34,027 nucleotides of DNA from a virus. Lineage: Duplodnaviria > Heunggongvirae > Uroviricota > Caudoviricetes. The notes beneath the pieces were generated by a model. That model made no database searches. It was not told the DNA's origin and was given only the letters and a program-made list of their open reading frames with translations. Below, one piece after another: positions 18,756 to 27,845 of the stretch. Position 1 is the first letter of the stretch, and each line of letters opens with the position of its first letter. The stretch lies in the IMG/VR virus record IMGVR_UViG_2698536418_000026. One strand, 5' to 3'. The translations under genes and the position numbers were made by a program.

Positions 18756-19099
18756 CAGTGCGTTATCTTGGAATGAATCGCAGTGATGGCCTGACTGTCA
18801 CTGACCTTGAGCATATCAGCCAGAGTATCGGCGATATCCTGCGCACGCCGGTCGGCTCACGGGTGATGCGTCGTGATTACGGCTCATTGCTGGCGTCAAT
18901 GATTGACCAGCCGCAGACCCCGGCGCTTGAGTTGCAGATTAAGGTCGCCTGTTACATGGCGGTGCTGAAATGGGAACCCCGCGTCACCCTGTCATCCGTC
19001 ACCACTGAGCGCAGTTTTGACGGGCGAATGACGGTCACGTTAACCGGCCAGCACAACGACACCGGCCAGCCACTTTCGTTAACCATCCCTGTGAGTTGA
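18752..19099 (+). CDS. W: Baseplate wedge protein (gpW, T4 gp25-like)
   Basis: 115 aa as in P2 W. Confidence 0.9.
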   Translation: MTVRYLGMNRSDGLTVTDLEHISQSIGDILRTPVGSRVMRRDYGSLLASMIDQPQTPALELQIKVACYMAVLKWEPRVTLSSVTTERSFDGRMTVTLTGQHNDTGQPLSLTIPVS

Positions 19100-19103
19100 A
19101 ACC

Positions 19104-20012
19104 ATGCCGATTATCGACCTGAACCAGCTACCCGCACCGGATGTGGTCGAGGAGCTGGACTTTGAAACCATTCTTGCCGAACGCAAGGCGACACTGATTT
19201 CCCTTTACCCGGAAGACCAGCAGGAGGCGGTTGCCCGTACCCTGACGCTGGAATCCGAGCCTCTCGTCAAACTGCTGGAGGAAAATGCTTATCGTGAGCT
19301 TATCTGGCGTCAGCGTGTGAATGAGGCCGCACGGGCGGTAATGCTGGCCTGTGCCGCCGGTAATGACCTTGATGTGATTGGTGCCAATTACAACACCACG
19401 CGCCTGATTATCACCCCGGCAGATGATTCGACCATCCCGCCGACACCGGCAGTGATGGAGTCTGACACCGATTATCGTCTGCGTATTCAGCAGGCGTTTG
19501 AGGGCTTAAGCGTCGCCGGGTCGGTGGGAGCCTATCAGTATCATGGTCGCAGTGCCGACGGGCGTGTCGCGGATATTTCTGTCACCAGTCCGTCTCCGGC
19601 CTGCGTCACCATCTCTGTGCTGTCACGTGAAAATAACGGTGTGGCATCCGAAGACCTGCTGGCGGTGGTGCGCAACGCCCTTAATGGTGAGGACGTCAGA
19701 CCGGTGGCCGACCGTGTGACCGTGCAGTCTGCCGTCATCGTTGAATACCAGATAAATGCCACGCTTTACCTTTATCCTGGCCCCGAAAGCGAACCCATTC
19801 GCGCTGCCGCCGTGAAAAAACTGGAAGCGTATATCACGGCACAGCACCGGCTGGGGCGCGACATCCGACTGTCTGCCATTTATGCCGCTTTGCATGTGGA
19901 AGGCGTGCAGCGTGTCGAACTGGCTGCACCGCTGGCCGACATCGTGCTCAACAATACTCAGGCGTCTTTCTGTACCGAATACAGCGTCGTGACCGGAGGC
20001 TCGGATGAGTGA
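19104..20012 (+). CDS. J: Baseplate protein J
   Basis: 302 aa as in P2 J. Confidence 0.9.
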   Translation: MPIIDLNQLPAPDVVEELDFETILAERKATLISLYPEDQQEAVARTLTLESEPLVKLLEENAYRELIWRQRVNEAARAVMLACAAGNDLDVIGANYNTTRLIITPADDSTIPPTPAVMESDTDYRLRIQQAFEGLSVAGSVGAYQYHGRSADGRVADISVTSPSPACVTISVLSRENNGVASEDLLAVVRNALNGEDVRPVADRVTVQSAVIVEYQINATLYLYPGPESEPIRAAAVKKLEAYITAQHRLGRDIRLSAIYAALHVEGVQRVELAAPLADIVLNNTQASFCTEYSVVTGGSDE

Positions 20013-20616
20013 TTCGCGACTGCTGCCGACCGGCTCATCACCGCTTGAAGTCGCTGCCGCAAAAGCCTGTGCGGAAATTGAAAAAACGCCGGTCAGTATT
20101 CGTGAGCTGTGGAACCCGGACACCTGCCCGGCAAATCTGCTGCCGTGGCTGGCGTGGTCATTTTCGGTTGACCGCTGGGATGATAAGTGGCCGGAAGCGA
20201 CAAAACGCGCTGTTATCCGCGATGCGTATTTCATTCACTGCCATAAGGGCACTATAGGCGCAATCCGGCGTGTGGTGGAGCCGCTCGGCTATCTGATTGA
20301 GGTGAGGGAGTGGTGGCAGCTCAACGAGGAGCCGGGGACGTTCCGCATCGTTGTTGGCGTGCTTGAGCAGGGTATTACCGAGGAAATGTATCAGGAGCTG
20401 GAGCGCCTCGTTGCTGATGCAAAACCGGCAAGCCGCCATCTGACGGGACTGGCTATCAGCTTAAGTACAACCGGCAACATTTTTGCCGGTGCGGGATGCT
20501 ATCACGGCGACGCCATGACGGTTTATCCCTACACCCCGGAGGCCATTATTGTCGGAGGGGATTATTTCCCGGCCTCGGCCATTCATTTAATTGATAACCT
20601 GAGAGTAAACGCATGA
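20005..20616 (+). CDS. I: Baseplate/tail protein I
   Basis: 203-aa ORF overlapping the J stop (ATGAGTGA) and the H start. Confidence 0.9.
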   Translation: MSDSRLLPTGSSPLEVAAAKACAEIEKTPVSIRELWNPDTCPANLLPWLAWSFSVDRWDDKWPEATKRAVIRDAYFIHCHKGTIGAIRRVVEPLGYLIEVREWWQLNEEPGTFRIVVGVLEQGITEEMYQELERLVADAKPASRHLTGLAISLSTTGNIFAGAGCYHGDAMTVYPYTPEAIIVGGDYFPASAIHLIDNLRVNA

Positions 20617-21977
20617 CAGTGAAATACTACGCCATTCTGACTAATCAGGGCGCAGCACGGCTGGCTAACGCGACGATGCTCGGCAGTAAGCTGAATCTGA
20701 CGCAAATGGCCGTTGGTGATGCGAATGGTGTCTTGCCGACCCCAGACCCGGCACAGACAAAACTGATTAACCAGAAACGCATCGCGCCGCTGAATCTTCT
20801 GAGTGTTGACCCGAACAACCAGAGCCAGATTATTGCGGAGCAAATCATCCCTGAGAACGAGGGCGGATTCTGGATCCGTGAGATTGGGCTTTATGATGAT
20901 GAAGGCGTACTCATTGCGGTGGCGAACTGCCCGGAAACGTACAAACCGCAGTTGCAGGAAGGCAGTGGTCGTACCCAGACTATCCGCATGATTCTGGTTG
21001 TCACGAATACCGAAGCCATCACGCTGAAAATCGACCCGTCGGTGGTACTGGCGACCCGTAAATACGTGGATGATGAAGTCCTGGAATTAAAGCTGTATGT
21101 GGATGACCAGATGAGGAACCACATTGCCGCACAGGATCCTCATACCCAGTATGCGCAGAAACATAATCCGACATTTACCGGAGAACCAAAAGCGCCGACG
21201 CCTGCCGCAGGAAATAACACCACGCGGATTGCGACCACTGCGTTTGTTCAGGCCGCTATTACCGCTCTGATTAACGGTGCGCCAGCCACACTGGACACAC
21301 TGAAAGAAATTGCCGCGGCCATTAACAATGACCCGAAATTCAGCACCACCATTAACAATGCGCTGTCAGGTAAGCAGCCACTGGATGAGACGCTGACTCA
21401 TTTGAGTGGAAAGGATGTTGCCGGTCTTCTCGCATACCTTGGTTTGGGAGAAGGCTCTGCATTACCGGTTGGGGTGCCTGTTCCGTGGCCTTCAGCCACT
21501 CCGCCAACAGGCTGGCTGAAATGCAATGGTGCGGCTTTTTCTGCTGAAGAATACCCGGAACTGGCAAAGGCTTACCCGACCAATAAATTGCCTGATTTAC
21601 GCGGTGAATTTATTCGTGGCTGGGATGATGGACGTGGAGTGGATGCGGGGCGAGCCTTGCTAAGTCTTCAGGATGACTCTTTTGAAGCTCACAGGCATGA
21701 GTCCTTTTTTTACGCGGGTATTTCACGCAATGAAATACCATTAAAAAATCTTCCAAGTTCAGACGAGATGCTGACTTTAAGTTCTACAACTAATGCCTTG
21801 TCCCCGGACGGTATTGATGCCACTAATTCGTTAATTGGTAATGATGATTACAACTGTCTGATTGAAGGAAATAAAAATAACAAACGAACAGCGACGGGGT
21901 TGAGTACCAGTATTGTCGGTGCAGCAGAGACACGCCCACGTAATATTTCATTTAATTACATTGTGAGGGCTGCATGA
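20613..21977 (+). CDS. H: Tail fibre protein H (constant N-terminus plus invertible C-terminal tip with tail-collar motif)
   Basis: 454 aa; C-terminal part has the phage tail-collar signature (...NKLPDLRGEFIRGWDDGRG...); residues 91-454 are duplicated in inverted orientation at 24115..25208. Confidence 0.9.
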   Translation: MTVKYYAILTNQGAARLANATMLGSKLNLTQMAVGDANGVLPTPDPAQTKLINQKRIAPLNLLSVDPNNQSQIIAEQIIPENEGGFWIREIGLYDDEGVLIAVANCPETYKPQLQEGSGRTQTIRMILVVTNTEAITLKIDPSVVLATRKYVDDEVLELKLYVDDQMRNHIAAQDPHTQYAQKHNPTFTGEPKAPTPAAGNNTTRIATTAFVQAAITALINGAPATLDTLKEIAAAINNDPKFSTTINNALSGKQPLDETLTHLSGKDVAGLLAYLGLGEGSALPVGVPVPWPSATPPTGWLKCNGAAFSAEEYPELAKAYPTNKLPDLRGEFIRGWDDGRGVDAGRALLSLQDDSFEAHRHESFFYAGISRNEIPLKNLPSSDEMLTLSSTTNALSPDGIDATNSLIGNDDYNCLIEGNKNNKRTATGLSTSIVGAAETRPRNISFNYIVRAA

Positions 21978-22196
21978 TGTATAATGCCATCTTGAATAGT
22001 AAATTTATTGCCACAAAGGCAGGAGAGATTACCGTTTATAACTATGACAGTGAGACACGGGAGTATATTTCTGCATCAACTGAATATCTTGCTGTGGGTG
22101 TCGGTATCCCTGCATATTCCTGTTTAGATGCTCCTGGCACACATAAGGCGGGTTATGCAATCTGCCGTTCGGCAGATTTAAACTCATGGGAATATG
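20884..22196. repeat. Inverted repeat A (copy 1): H codons 91-454 plus G codons 1-74
   Basis: Mirrored at 23896..25208 (x maps to 46092-x); embedded ORF translations are identical in the ORF track (e.g. 20891..21124 vs 24968..25201, 21352..21567 vs 24525..24740). Confidence 0.9.
21427..21452. other. gix/hix-like 26-bp crossover site inside H (TTCTCGCATACC-TT-GGTTTGGGAGAA)
   Basis: Imperfect palindrome matching the remembered Gin/Hin half-site pattern TTnnCnAAACC; a near-identical site lies at the 5' end of the alternative tip ORF (22744-22769); both encode the shared peptide LGLGE. Confidence 0.45.
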
Positions 22197-22261
22197 AACG
22201 CGTTGACGTGACTCCCCTGCAGCCAGCAAACGCCCGGCCTGCTCCCACTCACTCGTGGTGA
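21974..22261 (+). pseudogene. Tail fibre assembly gene G, N-terminal fragment (first ~74 codons) fused out of frame into the antisense of the invertase copy
   Basis: First 73 aa identical to the full G at 23513..24118, then diverges exactly at the breakpoint nt 22197. Confidence 0.6.
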
Positions 22262-22694
22262 GTTTAGGACGTCTGCCACCAATACGACCTTTGGCTCTGG
22301 CCGCTTCCAGCCCGGCTCGAGTCCGCTCGACAATGAGTTCTCGTTCCATTTCGGCCAGGGCACCCATCACATGAAAGAAAAAACGCCCCATCGGCGTGCT
22401 GGTATCAATAGCATCCGTCAGGCTGCGAAAATTAACGCCGCGTTCGCGCAGCTCCTCAACCAGAATGACCAGATGCCGCATACTACGCCCCAGCCGGTCC
22501 AGCTTCCAGACTACCAGTGTATCCCCCTCCGATAATGTCCTGAGCAGTTTTTTCAGTCCCGGCCTGTCGGACTTCGTGCCGCTGATTTTGTCCTCAAAAA
22601 TCAGCTCACATCCTGCGCACTCCAGCGCGTTACGCTGCAATTCCGTGCTCTGGTCATTTGTTGACACGCGTACATAGCCAATAAGCATGAGCAT
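22029..22694 (-). pseudogene. Gin-family invertase, truncated copy (catalytic domain codons 1-~165, HTH DNA-binding C-terminus replaced by junction-derived sequence)
   Basis: First 168 aa identical to the intact invertase at 25984..26583; C-terminus reads into antisense G/H sequence after breakpoint nt 22197. Confidence 0.6.
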
Positions 22695-22715
22695 CCCCCT
22701 GAATAAAAACCGGAG

Positions 22716-23105
22716 ATGATGCCAGTTAGCCGTAATCTCTGCATTTTCTTAAACGTTGGTTTGGGGGAATTGGCTCTGGCTGGCGCAACAACCGGCGCTA
22801 TGTTGGTGAATGGGTATGTAGCAATTCCATTAATTATTTCTGGCGTTCGGAGACCACTTATTATCCAGTGGGGAGTGGGGCAGTTTGGGGGAAGTCTGGG
22901 GGATGATGCGGGATATTTAAACAATTTCCCTTTCGCTTTTCCGTCGGCGTGCTACGTGATGGTTGCCAGCCACGTGGGGCATACACCTTCGGGTGCCGGA
23001 ATACTATCTGCTTCCGCAATCACAAAAAGCGGCTTTCGTGGTTTTTCCAGCGTAGTGACTGCCGCAAATCCTGTATCGGGCTGTTATGTTGCTATAGGAG
23101 GGTGA
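22716..23105 (+). CDS. Alternative tail fibre C-terminal tip segment (Hv'), expressed only when fused to the H constant part by inversion
   Basis: 129-aa ATG-to-stop ORF; the segment after the crossover site (GLGELALAG...) would replace the H tip; followed in the same orientation by its own chaperone gene. Confidence 0.6.
   Translation: MMPVSRNLCIFLNVGLGELALAGATTGAMLVNGYVAIPLIISGVRRPLIIQWGVGQFGGSLGDDAGYLNNFPFAFPSACYVMVASHVGHTPSGAGILSASAITKSGFRGFSSVVTAANPVSGCYVAIGG
22744..22769. other. gix/hix-like crossover site (TTTTCTTAAACG-TT-GGTTTGGGGGAA) at the 5' end of the alternative fibre tip, 21 bp from the invertase start
   Basis: Same half-site pattern as the H-internal site; arrangement (site between divergent invertase and variable fibre segment) mirrors Mu gixR/gin. 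Confidence 0.45.
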
Positions 23106-23106
23106 T

Positions 23107-23541
23107 GTGTTTTTTAGTCCATCTTTAAATATTTTTGTGAATCCTGCGCTTAAGGATGACTACATCAATGTAAATTCATGGCCAGATGATGCTGTTGAAG
23201 TTGATGAGCAGGTGTATATTGAGTTTTCCGGATTACCGCCGAAAGGAAAAATCCGTATCGCTGGGGAAAATGGTTTTCCTGCATGGTCTGAAATTCCACC
23301 ACCAACGCATGAGGAACAGATTGCCGCAGCCGAATTGAAAAAACAGCAATTGATTAATCAGTCCAACGAATATATGAATACCAAGCAATGGCCTGGTAAA
23401 GCGGCTATTGGTCGTCTGAAAGGTGAGGAACTGGCGCAATATAATTTGTGGCTGGATTATCTGGACGCACTGGAACTGGTTGATACCTCCAGTGCTCCAG
23501 ATATTGAATGGCCTACGCCTCCGGCAGTTCAGGCCAGATGA
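23107..23541 (+). CDS. Alternative tail fibre assembly chaperone (Tfa', U'-like)
   Basis: 144 aa; C-terminus ...DTSSAPDIEWPTPP resembles the G C-terminus (...DTSTAPDVIWPELP); convergent 29-bp overlap with G as for U/U' in Mu-type invertible segments. Confidence 0.8.
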   Translation: MFFSPSLNIFVNPALKDDYINVNSWPDDAVEVDEQVYIEFSGLPPKGKIRIAGENGFPAWSEIPPPTHEEQIAAAELKKQQLINQSNEYMNTKQWPGKAAIGRLKGEELAQYNLWLDYLDALELVDTSSAPDIEWPTPPAVQAR

Positions 23542-24118
23542 CATCCGGCGCGGTGCTCGTATCTGTTGCCGTCACCGCGTCAATGTAATCCAGCGCAGCG
23601 TTAAGTCGGGCGGTTTCTGCCTGCGTCAGATTCCGTCCGGCCTGCAATTTCAGCTGAATCAGACTAATGGAAGCCATTGCAGTATCAATCAGTGACTGAC
23701 GCTGTGCTTCTGCCGCGCCTACTGCGGCGCTATGCTGTGCCACAGTATCTGTTACCCATTTCTCACCATCCCATTCATCGTATGGCGTTAACGGGGCGAT
23801 AGTGGTTGTATTTTCAGGATAATCACCCGGAGCTGTGATTTCTTTCGATTCTCCTGTTTCGGTGCTATAGATGATTTCACCGCGATGGTCTGACACATAT
23901 TCCCATGAGTTTAAATCTGCCGAACGGCAGATTGCATAACCCGCCTTATGTGTGCCAGGAGCATCTAAACAGGAATATGCAGGGATACCGACACCCACAG
24001 CAAGATATTCAGTTGATGCAGAAATATACTCCCGTGTCTCACTGTCATAGTTATAAACGGTAATCTCTCCTGCCTTTGTGGCAATAAATTTACTATTCAA
24101 GATGGCATTATACATCAT
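23513..24118 (-). CDS. G: Tail fibre assembly chaperone G (full length)
   Basis: 201 aa, directly downstream of and overlapping the H-fragment stop on the minus strand; typical Tfa C-terminus. Confidence 0.85.
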   Translation of the reverse strand: MMYNAILNSKFIATKAGEITVYNYDSETREYISASTEYLAVGVGIPAYSCLDAPGTHKAGYAICRSADLNSWEYVSDHRGEIIYSTETGESKEITAPGDYPENTTTIAPLTPYDEWDGEKWVTDTVAQHSAAVGAAEAQRQSLIDTAMASISLIQLKLQAGRNLTQAETARLNAALDYIDAVTATDTSTAPDVIWPELPEA

Positions 24119-25208
24119 GCAGCCCTCACAATGTAATTAAATGAAATATTACGTGGGCGTGTCTCTGCTGCACCGACAATACTGGTACTCAACCCCGTCG
24201 CTGTTCGTTTGTTATTTTTATTTCCTTCAATCAGACAGTTGTAATCATCATTACCAATTAACGAATTAGTGGCATCAATACCGTCCGGGGACAAGGCATT
24301 AGTTGTAGAACTTAAAGTCAGCATCTCGTCTGAACTTGGAAGATTTTTTAATGGTATTTCATTGCGTGAAATACCCGCGTAAAAAAAGGACTCATGCCTG
24401 TGAGCTTCAAAAGAGTCATCCTGAAGACTTAGCAAGGCTCGCCCCGCATCCACTCCACGTCCATCATCCCAGCCACGAATAAATTCACCGCGTAAATCAG
24501 GCAATTTATTGGTCGGGTAAGCCTTTGCCAGTTCCGGGTATTCTTCAGCAGAAAAAGCCGCACCATTGCATTTCAGCCAGCCTGTTGGCGGAGTGGCTGA
24601 AGGCCACGGAACAGGCACCCCAACCGGTAATGCAGAGCCTTCTCCCAAACCAAGGTATGCGAGAAGACCGGCAACATCCTTTCCACTCAAATGAGTCAGC
24701 GTCTCATCCAGTGGCTGCTTACCTGACAGCGCATTGTTAATGGTGGTGCTGAATTTCGGGTCATTGTTAATGGCCGCGGCAATTTCTTTCAGTGTGTCCA
24801 GTGTGGCTGGCGCACCGTTAATCAGAGCGGTAATAGCGGCCTGAACAAACGCAGTGGTCGCAATCCGCGTGGTGTTATTTCCTGCGGCAGGCGTCGGCGC
24901 TTTTGGTTCTCCGGTAAATGTCGGATTATGTTTCTGCGCATACTGGGTATGAGGATCCTGTGCGGCAATGTGGTTCCTCATCTGGTCATCCACATACAGC
25001 TTTAATTCCAGGACTTCATCATCCACGTATTTACGGGTCGCCAGTACCACCGACGGGTCGATTTTCAGCGTGATGGCTTCGGTATTCGTGACAACCAGAA
25101 TCATGCGGATAGTCTGGGTACGACCACTGCCTTCCTGCAACTGCGGTTTGTACGTTTCCGGGCAGTTCGCCACCGCAATGAGTACGCCTTCATCATCATA
25201 AAGCCCAA
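23896..25208. repeat. Inverted repeat A (copy 2, reverse complement of 20884..22196)
   Basis: See copy 1; boundaries determined by base-by-base comparison at both ends. Confidence 0.9.
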
Positions 25209-25230
25209 AGCGTCCAGATAATCCAGCCAC
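24115..25230 (-). pseudogene. Tail fibre H fragment (codons 91-454, lacks N-terminal virion-attachment part and its own start)
   Basis: 371-aa ORF identical to H residues ~84-454 after a short junction-derived N-terminus (MAGLSGRFG). Confidence 0.7.
24640..24665. other. gix/hix-like site, inverted copy of the H-internal site
   Basis: Reverse complement of 21427..21452, inside inverted repeat A copy 2. Confidence 0.45.
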
Positions 25231-25571
25231 AAATTATATTGCGCCAGTTCCTCACCTTTCAGACGACCAATAGCCGCTTTACCAGGCCATTGCTTGGTAT
25301 TCATATATTCGTTGGACTGATTAATCAATTGCTGTTTTTTCAATTCGGCTGCGGCAATCTGTTCCTCATGCGTTGGTGGTGGAATTTCAGACCATGCAGG
25401 AAAACCATTTTCCCCAGCGATACGGATTTTTCCTTTCGGCGGTAATCCGGAAAACTCAATATACACCTGCTCATCAACTTCAACAGCATCATCTGGCCAT
25501 GAATTTACATTGATGTAGTCATCCTTAAGCGCAGGATTCACAAAAATATTTAAAGATGGACTAAAAAACAC
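25101..25571 (-). pseudogene. Alternative chaperone Tfa' copy with junction-altered C-terminus
   Basis: First ~120 codons identical to 23107..23541, then diverges at breakpoint nt 25209 into antisense H sequence. Confidence 0.6.
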
Positions 25572-25572
25572 A

Positions 25573-25962
25573 TCACCCTCCTATAGCAACATAACAGCCC
25601 GATACAGGATTTGCGGCAGTCACTACGCTGGAAAAACCACGAAAGCCGCTTTTTGTGATTGCGGAAGCAGATAGTATTCCGGCACCCGAAGGTGTATGCC
25701 CCACGTGGCTGGCAACCATCACGTAGCACGCCGACGGAAAAGCGAAAGGGAAATTGTTTAAATATCCCGCATCATCCCCCAGACTTCCCCCAAACTGCCC
25801 CACTCCCCACTGGATAATAAGTGGTCTCCGAACGCCAGAAATAATTAATGGAATTGCTACATACCCATTCACCAACATAGCGCCGGTTGTTGCGCCAGCC
25901 AGAGCCAATTCCCCCAAACCAACGTTTAAGAAAATGCAGAGATTACGGCTAACTGGCATCAT
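25573..25962 (-). CDS. Alternative tail fibre C-terminal tip segment (Hv'), second copy, in the orientation expected for the silent position next to the invertase
   Basis: Identical 129-aa translation to 22716..23105; divergent from the intact invertase with a 21-bp gap. Confidence 0.6.
   Translation of the reverse strand: MMPVSRNLCIFLNVGLGELALAGATTGAMLVNGYVAIPLIISGVRRPLIIQWGVGQFGGSLGDDAGYLNNFPFAFPSACYVMVASHVGHTPSGAGILSASAITKSGFRGFSSVVTAANPVSGCYVAIGG
25909..25934. other. gix/hix-like crossover site adjacent to the intact invertase (gixR-equivalent)
   Basis: Reverse complement of 22744..22769. Confidence 0.45.
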
Positions 25963-25983
25963 CTCCGGTTTTTATTCAGGGGG

Positions 25984-26583
25984 ATGCTCATGCTTATTGG
26001 CTATGTACGCGTGTCAACAAATGACCAGAGCACGGAATTGCAGCGTAACGCGCTGGAGTGCGCAGGATGTGAGCTGATTTTTGAGGACAAAATCAGCGGC
26101 ACGAAGTCCGACAGGCCGGGACTGAAAAAACTGCTCAGGACATTATCGGAGGGGGATACACTGGTAGTCTGGAAGCTGGACCGGCTGGGGCGTAGTATGC
26201 GGCATCTGGTCATTCTGGTTGAGGAGCTGCGCGAACGCGGCGTTAATTTTCGCAGCCTGACGGATGCTATTGATACCAGCACGCCGATGGGGCGTTTTTT
26301 CTTTCATGTGATGGGTGCCCTGGCCGAAATGGAACGAGAACTCATTGTCGAGCGGACTCGAGCCGGGCTGGAAGCGGCCAGAGCCAAAGGTCGTATTGGT
26401 GGCAGACGTCCTAAACTCACCACGAGTGAGTGGGAGCAGGCCGGGCGTTTGCTGGCTGCAGGGGAGTCACGTCAACGCGTGGCACTGATTTTTGATATTG
26501 GCCTGTCCACGCTCTATAAAAAATTCCCCGCCTCAGTGACAAAAAATAAATTGTGTCATCCCTTAGCCAACCGGGACAAATAG
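25984..26583 (+). CDS. Site-specific DNA invertase, serine recombinase of the Gin/Hin/Cin/Pin family (intact)
   Basis: 199-aa ORF (probable start at second Met, MLIGYVRVSTNDQ); catalytic Ser in RVSTNDQ; near-collinear match to remembered Gin sequence (DTLVVWKLDRLGRS, MGRFFFHVMGALAEMERE) and C-terminal HTH (LIFDIGLSTLYKKFPA). Confidence 0.9.
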   Translation: MLMLIGYVRVSTNDQSTELQRNALECAGCELIFEDKISGTKSDRPGLKKLLRTLSEGDTLVVWKLDRLGRSMRHLVILVEELRERGVNFRSLTDAIDTSTPMGRFFFHVMGALAEMERELIVERTRAGLEAARAKGRIGGRRPKLTTSEWEQAGRLLAAGESRQRVALIFDIGLSTLYKKFPASVTKNKLCHPLANRDK

Positions 26584-26642
26584 CCTGACATCTCCGGCAC
26601 AACTGAAAATATCACTCACCCATTAACCACGGAGTTAAACGG

Positions 26643-27833
26643 ATGAGTGACTATCATCACGGCGTGCAGGTGCTGGAGATTAACGACGGCACCCGCGTCA
26701 TTTCCACCGTATCCACTGCCATTGTCGGCATGGTCTGCACGGCCAGCGATGCGGATGCGGAAACCTTCCCCCTCAATAAACCTGTGCTGATTACCAATGT
26801 GCAGAGCGCAATTGCAAAGGCCGGTAAAAAAGGCACGCTGGCGGCATCGTTGCAGGCCATCGCTGACCAGTCAAAACCGGTTACCGTTGTCGTGCGTGTT
26901 GAAGACGGCACCGGCGACGACGAAGAAACGAAACTCGCGCAGACCGTTTCCAATATCATCGGCACCACTGACGAAAACGGTCAGTATACCGGACTGAAAG
27001 CCCTGCTGGCGGCGGAGTCGATAACCGGTGTTAAACCGCGTATTCTCGGTGTGCCGGGACTGGATACCAAAGAGGTGGCTGTTGCACTGGCATCCGTCTG
27101 TCAGAAGCTGCGCGCTTTCGGGTATATCAGCGCATGGGGCTGTAAAACCATTTCCGAGGTGAAAGCCTACCGCCAGAATTTCAGCCAGCGTGAGCTGATG
27201 GTCATCTGGCCGGATTTCCTCGCATGGGATACGGTCGCCAGTACCACCGCCACCGCGTATGCCACCGCCCGTGCGCTGGGTCTGCGCGCTAAAATCGACC
27301 AGGAGCAGGGCTGGCATAAAACGCTGTCCAACGTCGGGGTGAACGGTGTTACCGGCATCAGCGCGTCCGTATTCTGGGATTTGCAGGAGTCCGGCACCGA
27401 TGCTGACCTGCTTAACGAGTCAGGCGTCACAACGCTGATTCGCCGTGACGGTTTCCGCTTCTGGGGTAACCGTACCTGCTCTGATGACCCGCTGTTCCTC
27501 TTTGAAAACTACACCCGCACCGCGCAGGTGCTGGCCGACACGATGGCTGAGGCGCACATGTGGGCGGTGGACAAGCCCATCACCGCAACGCTGATTCGCG
27601 ACATCGTTGACGGCATCAATGCCAAATTCCGTGAGTTGAAAACAAACGGCTATATCGTGGATGCGACCTGCTGGTTCAGCGAAGAATCCAACGATGCGGA
27701 AACCCTCAAGGCCGGAAAACTGTATATCGACTACGACTATACACCGGTACCTCCTCTTGAAAACCTGACCCTGCGCCAGCGTATTACCGATAAATACCTG
27801 GCAAATCTGGTCACTTCGGTTAACAGCAATTAA
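26643..27833 (+). CDS. FI: Contractile tail sheath protein (P2 FI-like)
   Basis: 396 aa as in P2 FI. Confidence 0.9.
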   Translation: MSDYHHGVQVLEINDGTRVISTVSTAIVGMVCTASDADAETFPLNKPVLITNVQSAIAKAGKKGTLAASLQAIADQSKPVTVVVRVEDGTGDDEETKLAQTVSNIIGTTDENGQYTGLKALLAAESITGVKPRILGVPGLDTKEVAVALASVCQKLRAFGYISAWGCKTISEVKAYRQNFSQRELMVIWPDFLAWDTVASTTATAYATARALGLRAKIDQEQGWHKTLSNVGVNGVTGISASVFWDLQESGTDADLLNESGVTTLIRRDGFRFWGNRTCSDDPLFLFENYTRTAQVLADTMAEAHMWAVDKPITATLIRDIVDGINAKFRELKTNGYIVDATCWFSEESNDAETLKAGKLYIDYDYTPVPPLENLTLRQRITDKYLANLVTSVNSN

Positions 27834-27845
27834 GGAGCCTGACCG

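Larger units (their letters stand above)
22198..23468. repeat. Inverted repeat B (copy 1): invertase N-terminal part (antisense), alternative fibre tip, alternative chaperone codons 1-~120
   Basis: Mirrored at 25210..26480 (x maps to 48678-x); identical ORF translations (22716..23105 vs 25573..25962; 22396..22677 vs 26001..26282). Confidence 0.9.
25210..26480. repeat. Inverted repeat B (copy 2, reverse complement of 22198..23468)
   Basis: See copy 1. Confidence 0.9.

Noticed and set aside
13990-20439. Antisense and alternative-frame ORFs inside late genes (e.g. 13990..14589, 14881..15327, 16213..16614, 17874..18422, 19623..20234, 20158..20439)
   Set aside because: Same reasoning: embedded in conserved structural and lysis genes whose lengths match P2 exactly; the exception is lysC (16888..17178), which I kept because of its lipobox and known embedded position.
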